A program made the position numbers and the translations under genes. Below are positions 26,247-39,341 of a stretch of DNA of 64,000 bases, one piece after another; positions within the stretch are counted from its first letter, which is position 1; every line of letters starts with the position of its first letter. Source of the DNA: Octopus vulgaris (taxonomy: Eukaryota); contig OX597829.1 in the NCBI GenBank assembly GCA_951406725.2, forward strand, positions 2,108,001 through 2,172,000, in the 5' to 3' direction. The notes beneath the pieces are model-generated. The model was given only the letters and a program-made list of their open reading frames with translations. It was not told the origin of the DNA and did no database searches.

Positions 26247-27719
26247 ATGCCATTTTCGAACTCACCATCTGAAAATGCATATTCTTACCCAAACAGTAAT
26301 GTATCGTCGACCGAAGAAACGCAAGAAGCAACTCAAAGAACTCCATTACCCTCACAGATAAGACTAAAATATGACCGAGACTTCATTCTTAAGTTACAAT
26401 ATAAAGAAGCTTCCCTCACCAAACCTGTTGGACTTCCAGACTTACCGGAAATATTATTCAAGAAACCACAAATTCCGAAGCAACTTAAATACAACAAAAT
26501 ACGGCGAGACATCATACCGTTTAAATGTTCTAAGAATATGAAATCTGTGGATGAATATGTGAATGATTCGGAGGACGAAGAACTTAATACGAAAATGAAG
26601 AATATTGCAAGCAGACTAGCACCGGAAAAATATAAATCCGTTTTATCACAGATACGTGATATTCAAATTGATAAAGAGAGTAAATTGGTAGCTATCATGA
26701 ATCTTTTGTTTGAAAAGGCAACGAGTGATCCGATGCTTTCTACGGCGTATGCTTACGTATGTCGGTGTCTGACTTTGAAGAGAGTTCCATCAATTCACTG
26801 CCACAAGGAAGTGGTGAATGTCCATAAAGTTCTTAATAAGAAATGTCAAAAGGAATTCGAAAAATACCAAGTTGAAGAAGCAATGTTGAATAAGAAATTG
26901 CAGCAAATTGAAGACACCGACAACAATATAGAAAAACTGAAATTTCAAAAGGAACTTGTGAAGGATATTGAAATTTTCAAAAGGAAATCACAAGCAAACG
27001 TTCGGTTTCTTTGTGAATTGTTTAAACTTGGTGTGTTGAGGGAAAACACGATGCAGAAATATATTAAAAAGATGCTTCAGTCTTTATCAGAGAATAGTTT
27101 GGAAAGTGTGTGTCTGTTGTTCAATACAATTGGTGAGAGACTTGATACGGGAAAGAAGTTTAAAATGGATGTGTATTTCATTCAATTAAAAAGCATCGCA
27201 GAAGAGAATTCGACTCCTAACAGACTGAAATTGATGATCGAAAACCTAATTAGTTTACGTGAAAATCAATGGAACCAAAAAGAGGCTGAGAACCATACAA
27301 AGCAAAAAGGAATTACAAGTGTAAAAGACAGTATGAAAGAGGAAACCCTGAAGGTGATGGCAAATAGCTACTATGAGAACAAGGTCAAAGATATTTACCA
27401 AAACGGTGACGGTTCCGTTGCTTCTAACATGGGAGATATATTCTCAAGCGATCCTGGGACTAAAACTAGTTCTTCATATCAACAGCCACAACAACAACAA
27501 CAGCAGCAGCAACAACACATCAAAGAGGAGTACGTGAAACCTGGTTATATGAAAATCTTCGATATTGATGCTCAAAACAAATGTATGGATTTGGCTCAGC
27601 TTGAGAGGAAATATTGCAATTTGGTCTACGACGGCACAACCAGAGCATCTGCCAGGGGAGATGTGATGGTGCCAAACTGTAGCCCAAACATCATTCGAGA
27701 AACCAAAGAAGCTGTTTAA
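26247..27719 (+). CDS. EIF4G: Intronless eIF4G-like protein (eIF4E-binding motif + MIF4G/HEAT-1 domain + Q-rich tail), probable retrogene
   Basis: 490-aa uninterrupted non-repetitive ORF with an in-frame TAA upstream at 26229. KYDRDFILKLQ..KPVGLPDL matches the eIF4G 4E-binding region (human KRYDREFLLGFQ..KPEGLP). LLFEKATSDPMLSTAYAYVCRCL, CQKEFEK, NVRFLCELFKL and LISLRENQW match the eIF4G MIF4G domain. Confidence 0.9.
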   Translation: MPFSNSPSENAYSYPNSNVSSTEETQEATQRTPLPSQIRLKYDRDFILKLQYKEASLTKPVGLPDLPEILFKKPQIPKQLKYNKIRRDIIPFKCSKNMKSVDEYVNDSEDEELNTKMKNIASRLAPEKYKSVLSQIRDIQIDKESKLVAIMNLLFEKATSDPMLSTAYAYVCRCLTLKRVPSIHCHKEVVNVHKVLNKKCQKEFEKYQVEEAMLNKKLQQIEDTDNNIEKLKFQKELVKDIEIFKRKSQANVRFLCELFKLGVLRENTMQKYIKKMLQSLSENSLESVCLLFNTIGERLDTGKKFKMDVYFIQLKSIAEENSTPNRLKLMIENLISLRENQWNQKEAENHTKQKGITSVKDSMKEETLKVMANSYYENKVKDIYQNGDGSVASNMGDIFSSDPGTKTSSSYQQPQQQQQQQQQHIKEEYVKPGYMKIFDIDAQNKCMDLAQLERKYCNLVYDGTTRASARGDVMVPNCSPNIIRETKEAV

Positions 27720-27816
27720 TAATAGGTTCGCTGCTGATGCATGGATTCTGTTATTGTCGAAAGATGTCAATCGGTGGTGAGACGGAGAAATGCGAAATCT
27801 AATTGAGCTTCGGCAG

Positions 27817-27902
<86 letters not shown>

Positions 27903-27918
27903 AGGATCTAATTAGAGA

Positions 27919-27957
<39 letters not shown>

Positions 27958-28246
27958 GGAGGGAGCTAATGGTAAGGCTAATGAATACATTCCTTTACTA
28001 ACTTTTTAATTATTAGTAATCTCTTTATTTTTCCAAAGAGACAAAGATATTTGAAATTTTATGAAATTTTATGAAGCAAACTGCCCCTAAAACAAAGCAA
28101 CAACAACAACAAAAAAAACAACAAAGAAAAATTCTTAATTGCAACAAAGTAATTTGGAATCTATTCCACTCAAATGAGAATTTAAAAAAAGAAAACAAAA
28201 AAAACACGAGAAATGATTTTTAAAAAGAAATGAATATATATGAATG

Positions 28247-28281
<35 letters not shown>

Positions 28282-28370
28282 GTATGCATATATATCTACT
28301 CACACACACATGTATATACAATGTATATATATGTATATATGTATACATATGTTTATATATATATTATGTG

Positions 28371-28423
<53 letters not shown>

Positions 28424-28452
28424 ACACATATATATATATGTATACATATCTA

Positions 28453-28493
<41 letters not shown>

Positions 28494-28593
28494 TAGATAT
28501 GTATACATATATATATATGTGTATACATATATATATATATATATATATATAATGTATATATATATATAATGTGTTGATTATATTTTTAATTTG

Positions 28594-28599
28594 AATAAA
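28594..28599 (+). promoter_or_regulatory. Candidate polyadenylation signal of the eIF4G-like gene
   Basis: AATAAA followed by GT-rich sequence (GTTGTATTGGTTGGTTT), about 875 bp after the stop codon and just before SINE DNA resumes. Confidence 0.45.
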
Positions 28600-30007
28600 G
28601 TTGTATTGGTTGGTTTAAAATGCAATTAACATGGTATTGGTTGTTTTAAATATTTCCTTTTCACTGGACTGAAAAAAACGATTCATCCGTCCTCTCCAAG
28701 TGTGGCTGTGCAGCTGGAAAGCTTGTTTCCCAGCCTTGTTGTCTTGAGTTCAGTCCCACTTGGCGGCATCTTGGGCAAGTGTCACCTACTAAAGCCGCGG
28801 GGCCGACCAAAACATTTTGAGCGTATTTGGTAGATGGAAACAGAAAAGAGCTTTGTCTTATATATTCTCTAGGTCCCTTTACCGAACCCGCTAGTTTACG
28901 AAGACATAAACAAACTAACACCGGTTGTCAAGCAGTGATGATAACACGCGCGCGCGCACATAGCTATATATACAGGGATAAGTCGCTTTACCCATTTATT
29001 ATTATTAGAAATGTGTATATATAAATAGATACGACGGGTTTCTTTCAGTTTCCGTCTGCCAAATCCACTCACATAGCTTTGTCTAAGGTGCCACGCAGTG
29101 GGACTGAACCCGGAACTATATGGTCGGGAAGCAAGCTCCTTACCTATTTCTTTACTACCTACAAGAGGCTAAACACAGAGAGGACAAACAAGGACAGACA
29201 AACGGATTAAGTCGATTATATCGACCCCAGTGCGTAACTGGTACTTATTTAATCGACCCCGAAAGGATGAAAGGCAAAGTCGACGTCGGTGGAATTTGAA
29301 CTCAGAACGTAACGACAGACGAAATACTGCTATGCATTTCGCACGGCGTGCTAACGATTCTACCAGCTCGCCGCTTTACCGCCAAATAAGGTGGTTCTGG
29401 GCAATATTTGCAGTTTCAGTTTTTTTTTTCTCAAAAACCGCCCCGCCCTCCATTCATTTCATATTACACACCATTAGCCTCACGACCATTCCATTGTAAA
29501 TAACCTTGGAGCAATCGCAGTTCCAACATCGATGGAAAACTTGAGAAAGGTGTCGCCCGATATCACCCCCGCATACATAAGATAACTTTGGATATTTGTG
29601 TTGATTGCAAATTTTGCCACAAAAGCAACAATTTCGGGTTCGGGATGAGTCAGTTGCGTCGAACACGAAACGATGAAAGGCAAAGTCAACCTCGACAGAA
29701 TTTGAACTCAGAACACAAAGACGGACGAAATGCCGCTATGCATTTTGCCTAGCGTTCTAATGATTCTGCCGGCTCACCGTCCCCAACTTTGGGCATGTTT
29801 ATACTCTTTTACTAGTTTCAGTCATTTAACTGTGGCCATGCTGGAGCACCGCCTTTAGTCGAGCAAATTGACCCCAGGACTTATTCTTTGTAAGCCTAGT
29901 ACTTATTCTATCGGTCTCTTTAGGCGAACCGCTAGGTTATGGGGACGTAAACACACCATCATCGGTTGTCAAGCGATGTTGGGGGGACACACAAACACAA
30001 ACACACA

Positions 30008-30041
<34 letters not shown>

Positions 30042-30612
30042 CGACGGGCTTCTTTCAGTTTCCGTCTACTAAATCCACTCACAAGGCTTTGGTCGGTCCG
30101 AGGTTATAGCAGAAGACAAATTCTCTCAACTAACACTGCAGAATTCCTGAAGTAGATCCAACAGAGATATATCCCAATTGTGGATGACACCAGGTAACCC
30201 AAACTGTGCTAGTGCTCTACTAAACATTTCAACACACTAATCGACACATATCCATTGGTTCAAAATGTACATACATACATACATACATACATACATACAT
30301 ACATACATACATACATACATACATACATTCATATATGTGTATGTGTGTATACTTATATATATATACATATGAATATAAATGTATATACATGTATATATAT
30401 ATACATATATATATAAACACAAATTAGTAAATAAATGGCACAACTAAGTACCGATATTTACTGGAAATAGCGAACGTAAAAATACGACGCTAATGTGTAG
30501 CTTCACCGCGATACTTTGTATTGCATTACTGATACATATATATATATTTATATATATGTATACATATATATATATACATATATATATACATATATATATA
30601 CATATATGAATA

Positions 30613-30656
<44 letters not shown>

Positions 30657-30864
30657 TACATATATATATAAATATAATATATATATACAAAAATATATAT
30701 ATACATATATGTATATATATGGGTATATATGTATACATATATGTATATATATGTGCATATATATACATGTATATATATATACATATATGTATACATATGT
30801 GTATATATATATATATGTGTATACATGTGTATACATATGTGTGTATATATACATATATATATAG

Positions 30865-31195
30865 GGGGTTGGATGAAAATGATTTTGATATGGTGTAGGA
30901 CTGCTTTGGCAGTAATTACAGCTTGAATTCTATGAGGTATGGACTTGTACACAGTCTGAATTGTTTCCAAAGGAATTTTTGTCCATTCTTCAGCTAAAAC
31001 AGTCTCCAGTTCTTGTAGTGATGATGGTGGAGGATATTGACTCCTTACTTGTTTTTTCTAAAATACACCATAAATGTTCAATAATATTGAGATTTGGGGA
31101 CTGTGGTGGCCAGATAACATGCTCAACTTCACTAGAATGTTCCCCGTGCCATTCAGTAACAACTTTAGCTGTGTGAATTGGTGCATTATCATCCA
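30865..31195 (-). mobile_element. Tc1 transposase remnant
   Basis: DDNAPIHTAKVVTEW...WPPQSPNLNIIEHLW are DD34E Tc1 motifs. Frameshifted. Confidence 0.85.
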
Positions 31196-31453
31196 AAAGG
31201 GGCAATACCCCGAAACGCGTCTGTAGCTGCCGGTCAAGTAGTGTGGAGCGACTGACCTCCCTTGTTCGAAGGTTATATGGATACAGTTTGTGTATCAAAT
31301 AGCTAACTTAAGGCGATGGCCTCATGGAGCTAATAAGCGGACAGCTTTTTTCTTATTTTTATAAGAATGCCATATTAGTATGGCGATAACTATTATTTTC
31401 CGGGAACGCTGCCGCTGTTCTCTTTTAGAGAGACTTAGTTATTTTAATATTTC

Positions 31454-31520
<67 letters not shown>

Positions 31521-31671
31521 TTTGTTTCTCTCCTTGTTTTTTCTGTGTCCCTTTCAGTAGAAGAGCGTAGGCTCGAAACGTAAAATACTTTTTCTATTCC
31601 TAAGCGTTATACTAATACATCTGTTTGTTTTGTACACCACCTGTCTTCGTCTTTTTTTTTTCGTAAACTCT

Positions 31672-31730
<59 letters not shown>

Positions 31731-31734
<4 letters not shown>

Positions 31735-32254
31735 GTTATTCAAAAAGAATGAACCAATTTCTTTACGCAATAAGAAAAAGCAATCGAAAACTCCAGGTAT
31801 TTACTCGCAATCAACTTTTATTTCCTGTCTTACAAATGTTCAATGTGGCCATCACCTGCAGCACGGGCAACGTCAATGCGATAAGAGAATTCCTCTCAGA
31901 CGTGTATCAGCTTATCAAGAGCAATTTCATAATGGAACTAAAGAATAAATTTGCTTTGCTTGAGGCGATTCCAGAAGATATTGGACAAAGAAAGGAAATG
32001 AAAAAACTTCGATAAAGCATTCAACCTGGCAGCCAAAGATGTACTCAGTGGATCGTAATATGCTGATTCGCGTCTGAGAGGAATTCTCTCATCGCATTGA
32101 TGTTGCCCATGCTGCAGGTGGTGGCCACATTTGAACACTTTTAAGACAGGAAATAAAAGTTGATTGTGAGTAAATATTTGTGACTCAGCTGGAGTATTCT
32201 ATTGCTTTTCCTTATTGCGTAATGAAATCGGTTCATTCTTTTTGAATAACCCTG
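31731..32254. mobile_element. Tc1/mariner-type MITE with long inverted arms
   Basis: CAG(A/G)GTTATTCAAAAAGAATGAACC TIRs extend into ~180-bp imperfect arms. Flanked by TA. Confidence 0.8.
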
Positions 32255-32268
32255 TATATGTATATGTG

Positions 32269-32305
<37 letters not shown>

Positions 32306-32722
32306 GGTCTTAAATTTTTGGAATTGCCTGTAAATTCAGCTCTTTGCAAGCATAAAAATCAAGAACGTGTTTTCTGGTTTATTTTCAATTTTGTTTTCCT
32401 TCGATAAAGTTTTATTATTTCCAACCGTGTCACTTTGAAAGTGAAATTATGTTTTCTTTGTAGCTTTTGATGTTATTGAACGACTTGGCCGTCAAAAAAA
32501 AAACCAAAAAAAACATCGGAATTCATTCGTTTTTTAGGGAAATCCCTCTCTCGCCATATGAAGAAACGGGTAAAATAATAAAAATTTACCTTTTTGATAT
32601 GTGTGACAAATTTAGGGAGACTTAAAAAGTAAAATAGCGAAAATTGTTTTCGCAGAGCTGAACTTATCTACGTTCAAAAAGTATACCAAAAAAACAGAAA
32701 TTGTCGAAAATAGAAGAAAATA

Positions 32723-32768
<46 letters not shown>

Positions 32769-32788
32769 GTATGTATATACGCATATAT

Positions 32789-33373
32789 AGTAGGGTGTGC
32801 TGAAAAGTTCCTGGCTTTGGGTAAAAGAAAATAGAGGAGGATCAATCAATTATGATTTTATTGAACATCATTGGATTCTCTCGGATTCATAAGCTTATTA
32901 ACAACGGCCCATCAGTTTTTCTAAGCCCTGTAAAAGAATTCGGAAGCATGGGCCTTCAACCAGGCCTTTCGAGATAACCTTAAAGCCAGACGGACGGACA
33001 GACAGAGTTTCATCAAAAGAAATATGTGGAAAATGAAAGACATTTATAAATTATATGAAGTGGGAAAGATAATGAGAAGAGTTGGGCCAGATTTTAGAAA
33101 AGGGTGAAGTAAGACCCAAAGGTAAAGAGGAAGCAAATAATAGAAAACAATACAAAAAAAAAGCAAAGGAAAACAATACAAAATGGAGCAAGATTCATGT
33201 TGAGGATTATTGAAAGAAAGAAATATTATTTAACATATTCTCCTCTCAGAGTCACACTCTTATTGCAGCAGTCCATCAGTTTTTCTAAACCCTTTAAAAG
33301 CACTCGAAGGTTGGGCCTTCAACCAGGCCTTTCGTGATATCCCTAAAGCCAGGAACTTTTCAGCACCCTCTCG
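32789..33373. mobile_element. Mariner-type MITE
   Basis: TIR GTGCTGAAAAGTTCCTGGCTTT / AAAGCCAGGAACTTTTCAGCAC, with an internal direct duplication. Confidence 0.7.
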
Positions 33374-33381
33374 TGTATATA

Positions 33382-33448
<67 letters not shown>

Positions 33449-33607
33449 AGGATGATGATAGTTTATATATATATAAGTTCAGTAAAATTTAGATTCAGTT
33501 GAATATGGAACTTAAGTTAAAGGCACCAGAATTTAGTATGGTATTATCCATATAATTCAAAATGGAGTGATTAAAATCAAAATAAGCAACAAGGATATCC
33601 AGAAGTA

Positions 33608-33696
33608 ACGCAATACGATCGTTTCATACGACTCCATTTAATTGAACAATGCAAATATTACATCAATTTAAAATGAAGAGCAATCTTCAGCTGCAT
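33608..33696 (-). ncRNA. Type I hammerhead ribozyme, imperfect stem II
   Basis: Minus strand reads ATGCAG-CUGAAGA-...-GAAA-CGAUCG-UA-TTGCGT. Adjoins an inverted repeat. Confidence 0.6.
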
Positions 33697-34659
33697 AAAA
33701 ATATAGAATTTAGTTAAATTCGAAGGATTCATTTGTATAGTTTTCTTAAAATGAATCCTTCGAATTTAACTAAATTCTATATTTTTATGCAGCTGAAGAT
33801 TGTGTGTGTATTCTGTATATGTGTATGTATGTTGACGTCACGGAAGCCATGTTTTTTTTCTTGTCAAGAAATAACAGACAAAAATTGTGTTCAATCGTTT
33901 TCCTTAATAAATAGAGTCCCAAATATTACAAAAATTTTACTGGACTGCCGAAGGTAAGTATAAAAATAAATATGCAAAAACAATTAAGATAAAATATACT
34001 CTTTCTGAGATATTTCGGGTGCACACAAACATCTCTAGATAAACCACCATCATCATCATTTAACGTCCATTTTCCATGCTGATATGGGTTGAACAGTTCT
34101 ATTGGAGTTAGGAAGCCAGGGGACTGTGCCGAGCTCCACTGTTTCTTTTGGCTTGGTTTCTACGGCTCAACGCCCTTCCTGATACCAGCGAATTTATAGA
34201 ATCGTGACTAGTAAAGTCACCAAGTAACTCAAAAGAGAAAACTCTGGGTGGGATGTAATAATAAAGGAGATGGCTTTACGCCAAATGATGATAGACTAAA
34301 GTACGATAGGGAGACAGGAGATACATGGTAATATGACTGTATACGCTGTTTAGAGCTTGGCTTGCCAGCACTTTATTTTGAAATATTTTCAATGTCAGAC
34401 TGGTCAACATTATTCCAAGAACAAAACCATCCCTTATCGATTTTTTCCTTTCTTTTCTGTTTTTGTCTTTTTTTTTCTGCATAGCATTGAGATACTACTC
34501 ACTTTGTTGAAAACGATGAAGAAAAATTGAGATTTTGACAACCTTCGTTCGAATATCCAAATCACAGACAAACAGTTGAAGGATAAACAAAAGAATGAAT
34601 GTACAGAGGGAGAAATGAGAAATGAGAAAGATAGAATAAAGTTGTAATAAAGAGAGATG

Positions 34660-34773
34660 GATTAGACAGACAGACAGACAGACGAATATATATATAGATA
34701 GATAGGTAGGTAGGTAGGTAGGTAGGTAGGTAGGTAGGTAGGTAGGTAGGTAGGTAGGTAGGTAGGTAGGTAT

Positions 34774-34839
<66 letters not shown>

Positions 34840-34840
34840 T

Positions 34841-34899
<59 letters not shown>

Positions 34900-34900
34900 T

Positions 34901-34962
<62 letters not shown>

Positions 34963-34967
34963 CAGAC

Positions 34968-35044
<77 letters not shown>
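34660..35044. repeat. (GACA)n/(GGTA)n/(GATA)n tetranucleotide array
   Basis: Seen directly. Confidence 0.95.
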
Positions 35045-35381
35045 TGTTTCTTTATTAGCCACACAGGGCTGCACACAGATAGAACAAATTACAAGGTAGA
35101 GCTTTTCTTTTGAAGGGTTAAAAAAAAAAAAAAAAGGAAGGGGGGGAGTTTCGATCAAAAGGGATCGTAAAAGGAGAGAAAGAGGACAAAAAAGGGGGGT
35201 TAAAAAAAAAGGGGGAGAGGAAAAAAAATTGATCAATAGGGATCGTTATCACAGGAATGTCAATATGAAGTGTAAAGGGGAGGACAGGTGAGGTTTACCC
35301 GTGGAAAGAAAAGCCTACGGAAAAGACCACGGTAACCTCGGTCAATGAAGTCACATTTTATATTTCTTTTTTTTTTTTTGC

Positions 35382-35385
<4 letters not shown>
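35045..35385 (-). mobile_element. Probable LINE 3' UTR fragment inserted in a (GATA)n array
   Basis: Minus strand ends ..CAGCCCTGTGTGGCTAATAAAGAAA and is flanked by (TATC)n on both sides. Related piece at ~54775-54860. Confidence 0.5.
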
Positions 35386-35450
<65 letters not shown>

Positions 35451-36175
35451 CAGCAGAGAGAGAGATAAATAGATAGATATGAACATATATGTATGTATTT
35501 CGCAAACATGTATATATGCATGCATGTATGTATGTATATATGTATGTTTGTATGAGTGTATGTATGTATGCATGTATGCATGTATGTATGTATGTATGTA
35601 TGTATGTATGTATGTATGTATGTATGTATGTATGTATGTATGCATGCATGTATGTATTATGTATGTATGTATGTACGTATGTATGTATGTATGTATGTAT
35701 GTATGTGTGTGTGTGTATGTATGTATGTATGTATGTATGTATGTATGTATTTATGCATGTATGCATGTACGTATGCATGTATGTATGTATGTATGTATGT
35801 ATGTATGTATGTATGTATGTATGTATTTATGCATGTATGCATGTACGTATGTATGTATGTGTGTACACATATACACATACTCAACGGTCCATGCGCCCAT
35901 GAACTGTTTTATTTCGTTCTATTTGTCGTATTTACGTCTCTTAATATAGAAATCATTCGTAAATTTTCCGATAGCGAAAATTTGGTAATAATCACGTTTT
36001 ACAAGAATAGCAATACAAATATTTTCATGAATCAGGGGAGGTAAGCACTTTATAATCCAACTTTATAATATAGTTATCTCCCTTACAATGATTCGTAGAC
36101 ATTAGCAAAGTCCGTTCAGGCGAGATGCATGCATGTATACGCGCATGCGCATGAACATACTCAAACATGCGCACG

Positions 36176-36206
<31 letters not shown>

Positions 36207-36395
36207 TTTCCATCTTTCAGTACTTTTATGCGAGTATTCCCCTCTGGACACTTCCCTTTGGTTTTTCTTCCAGAGCCTACCGTTCTGCTATAGTCATAGC
36301 CCCGGGTCAGGTTGAACCCTTCACCTTGTTGATCTCATCAATCTGAGAGAGAACCTAACATCGTCTTCGTCGTCGTTGTCGCCAACAACAACAAC

Positions 36396-36805
36396 GGAGG
36401 CGCAATGGCTCAGTAGTTAGGGCAGCGGACTCGTGGTTGGAGGAACGTGGTTTCGATTCCCAAACCAGGCGTTGTGTGTGTTTATTGAGCGAAAACACCT
36501 AAAAGCTCCACGAGGCCCCGGCAGGTGGGGGTGGCGACCCCTGTTGTACTCTTTCGCCCCAACTTTCTCTCACTCTTTTTTCCTGTTTCTTGTCCCCGAC
36601 TTCCTACGCAACCGCTGAGCCTGGATTCACATTCATCCATCCGTCGATGCTCTCGGTGTCGGGGGTTGACCTGCTTTCTCTTCTGCAGGTCTTACGAATA
36701 GCAAAGGACCACGATTCGGACTTCTCCCACTACAGACAATCATGAGGAGCGATCTTGCGAGCTCTGGGACGAAGACCGCTTCGCTCAACAAACAAACAAA
36801 CAACA
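36396..36805 (+). mobile_element. SINE family 3 head with an alternative 3' tail ending in (CAAA/CAA)n
   Basis: First ~180 bp match 22815-23000, then unrelated sequence up to CGCTCAACAAACAAAC. Confidence 0.75.
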
Positions 36806-36926
36806 ACAACGACAACCAATAATAGCTGATAATTTGTTTTAATGATTAGGATTGACCCTGATGAAGGGATACTCAAAGCATTAACAACATCCACCTGGGT
36901 CGATAAATGACTAAAAGAATAGAATT

Positions 36927-37343
36927 GGATCTTTTCGGTTTGAACGGCAGTTTTTTCTAGCGGTGTCATATGAAATTGTCACCCATAATTATGACCCTAG
37001 TATCGATCTATTGCATTTCAATCTGTTTTAGGGTTAGGGTTAGGGGTGGGGGAAGGGTATCATTTTTTCTTCACAAATATAAATAAACCCAATCTGTTTC
37101 TTAAACGAGGGACATATTCATACGGCACAGAATGTTTTCACCTCAAATAGACGTCATTGATAGGTTGAAATTGCAGAAATTGAAGAAAAACAACAACAAA
37201 AATCTTACAAACTGTAGAATTTTATCAATAAAGCCAAGAGAAAAAGATGTTTTATAAACACATTCTACCAGTATACGAGGTTTAAAAGTGTTTAGTTACG
37301 TGGAAATTATTTTAAAAAACTGCCGTTCAAACTGAAAAGATCC
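36927..37343. mobile_element. Merlin-like MITE family A
   Basis: Same TIRs. Perfect TSD ATAGAATT. (TTAGGG)3 inside. Confidence 0.88.
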
Positions 37344-37589
37344 ATAGAATTATTTTGTCTGCATCATTGGCTTCCCAATCGCCTCGAAAGCCATAACGGG
37401 GTGCCTGGAGACCAAAGCTTGCAGACTTTCCCAGGATAACCGAGAAGCTGCACTTCATAGACACGTACCCACCGCTCTTCTTCTTCTTAAAGAATTGCTT
37501 CACTCTGTCTAAGTTACATTTCTCGCTATGCAGTGCGCTATGTGCCCCTCTCAATGATCGCTTCAGTGATTTCGATAACACCATCCAGC

Positions 37590-38850
37590 ACTGTGCCAAA
37601 CTGTACTGTAGTGTCAGTTTTGGCGAAACCGACATTGGCAACAGATTAGATTTGGTGACCTTGGCCTCCGATCTGCCAGCCTATCTTCCCTCGCTCTCCT
37701 CCGGTCGCATCCTTATCGACAGACATCCACGAGATAGCCGAGCCAAATGTGGCCCAGGAGTCAGAACAAGCCGAACGGACTGCTAATGAGCTCGCCGTCC
37801 CTAGAATACGGATGTCTAATGCATCTGGGACGACATCAGAAGCAAGTTGACCTTCGAGCAGCCAGAGACATCTCTAGGCCACCACCGCCTTACCCGCCTC
37901 CATTTCGCCTCGCAGCCAAATAGCGGGACACCCTTCATCAACCGGCACTAGTGAAATAATCAGAGGTGTCCTTGACGCGGCTGGCTTCCCGTCTAAACTT
38001 GAGCCAAGTAGGTCTCGACCTTAGTACTTACTACTTGTGACGGTGTTCACCCAGGGCAGGTTGAGCCGGCTTCTTCTCTGGTCCTGGCGGCATCACGAAC
38101 CATGGCGGCTCACGCTCGACGGTCTTGTGCGAGGTCACTGAAGATAGCGAGCCATTCACGGTTCCATAGGATTCATAGAAGTTTCGTGAGAATATTGAAT
38201 TCACAAGCGGTCCCCGATATCCCGCATGCATATCCCGAGTGACGGGACGCCCTGTTTGCTGCAGAGTCTCCACAGACACAGGGACAGAACGACCTCGAAG
38301 CTGCCGGTTGCCGATTAGACGCCTCTTGGAATTTTCACCAGAGCCCCGTTGGCCAGGCTGCTGCCCTAATACCGCTCGGTGCCAGACCAATCCGCCTTGG
38401 GTGACCCTACCAGGAACCGAAGTTCCTGACGGCATAGCTCTGACACTGCCCGTTTACACCACTTTGAGGAGGGGTTGGACTTTTGGGTAGTTATCCCCGA
38501 CGGAATAACTCACTTCCCATTCGAGGGAGACGGATCTCTTGTCTGGGACGCGAGATGCATCGGCACGTTCTCCGGCTCCAAACTTGAAGCATTGGCTGGA
38601 AACCCGGGTGTCACTGCCTGTAAGACGGCGTAGAGAAGAATTAATAAATACAGGAACTTGGCCGGTCGCTATCATTCTGTGTTGTCACCATCGAGGCTTC
38701 ATGTCTTCTAGGACACCCCATACTACCGTTTTCCTTCGCAAAATAGGTATAAGGGCGGCCTGTCGAAGAAATGTGGCTCGCGAGCTGGAATGGCTGCTGC
38801 AGTGAATGACACAGGCCATTCTCCGCACTTGTTCTGGGATATGTGGGCAA
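37590..38850 (+). mobile_element. Degenerate CRE-like non-LTR retrotransposon (RT tail + restriction-like endonuclease)
   Basis: GC-rich island. Frames give RFGDLGLRSAS, RGVLDAAGFPSKLEP, IPDGITHFPFEGDGSLVWDARC and TTVFLRKIGIRAACRRNVARELEWLLQ, resembling CRE-clade PDG...WD endonuclease motifs. Many frameshifts and stops. Confidence 0.65.
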
Positions 38851-39341
38851 TCACCCCACCACTTCTATCTTCTGCCACGCACCTTTACTGCTTTTCGTTT
38901 TTTTCTTCTTTTCTTATCGTTCGTTTTTCCTGTTTCTTTGTATTTAAATGTTATAAATAAAATAATTCATAAATCTCAGAACTGTTTCGGAAAAGAATAT
39001 CCTGGAGATCAAAGAAAAAAGAATTTCAAAGGCAACAAGGGTATTTCAAAAGTGAAAACAGAAAAACCAAAGTGTTATCTCTCTCAGAACGCTAGCAAGC
39101 ATTTATTCTTTTGCTGGTTTCAATTTATTCCATTATTTTTATATTTTATCCACCCCATCCACCCCGTCTTTCGCTGCTAGGCTCCTTTCTTTACTCTTTG
39201 TTTTATTTTTAAAGTGTATATTTAAACAAAAGAAAATAGTTTATGTCATTTATTTATTTATTCATTTCCTGTGTTGAGTCAAAAGTTTTGCAATAACTCG
39301 GTAACTTATTTGTTCTATTCGTCAATTTACTACAAAAGCAA

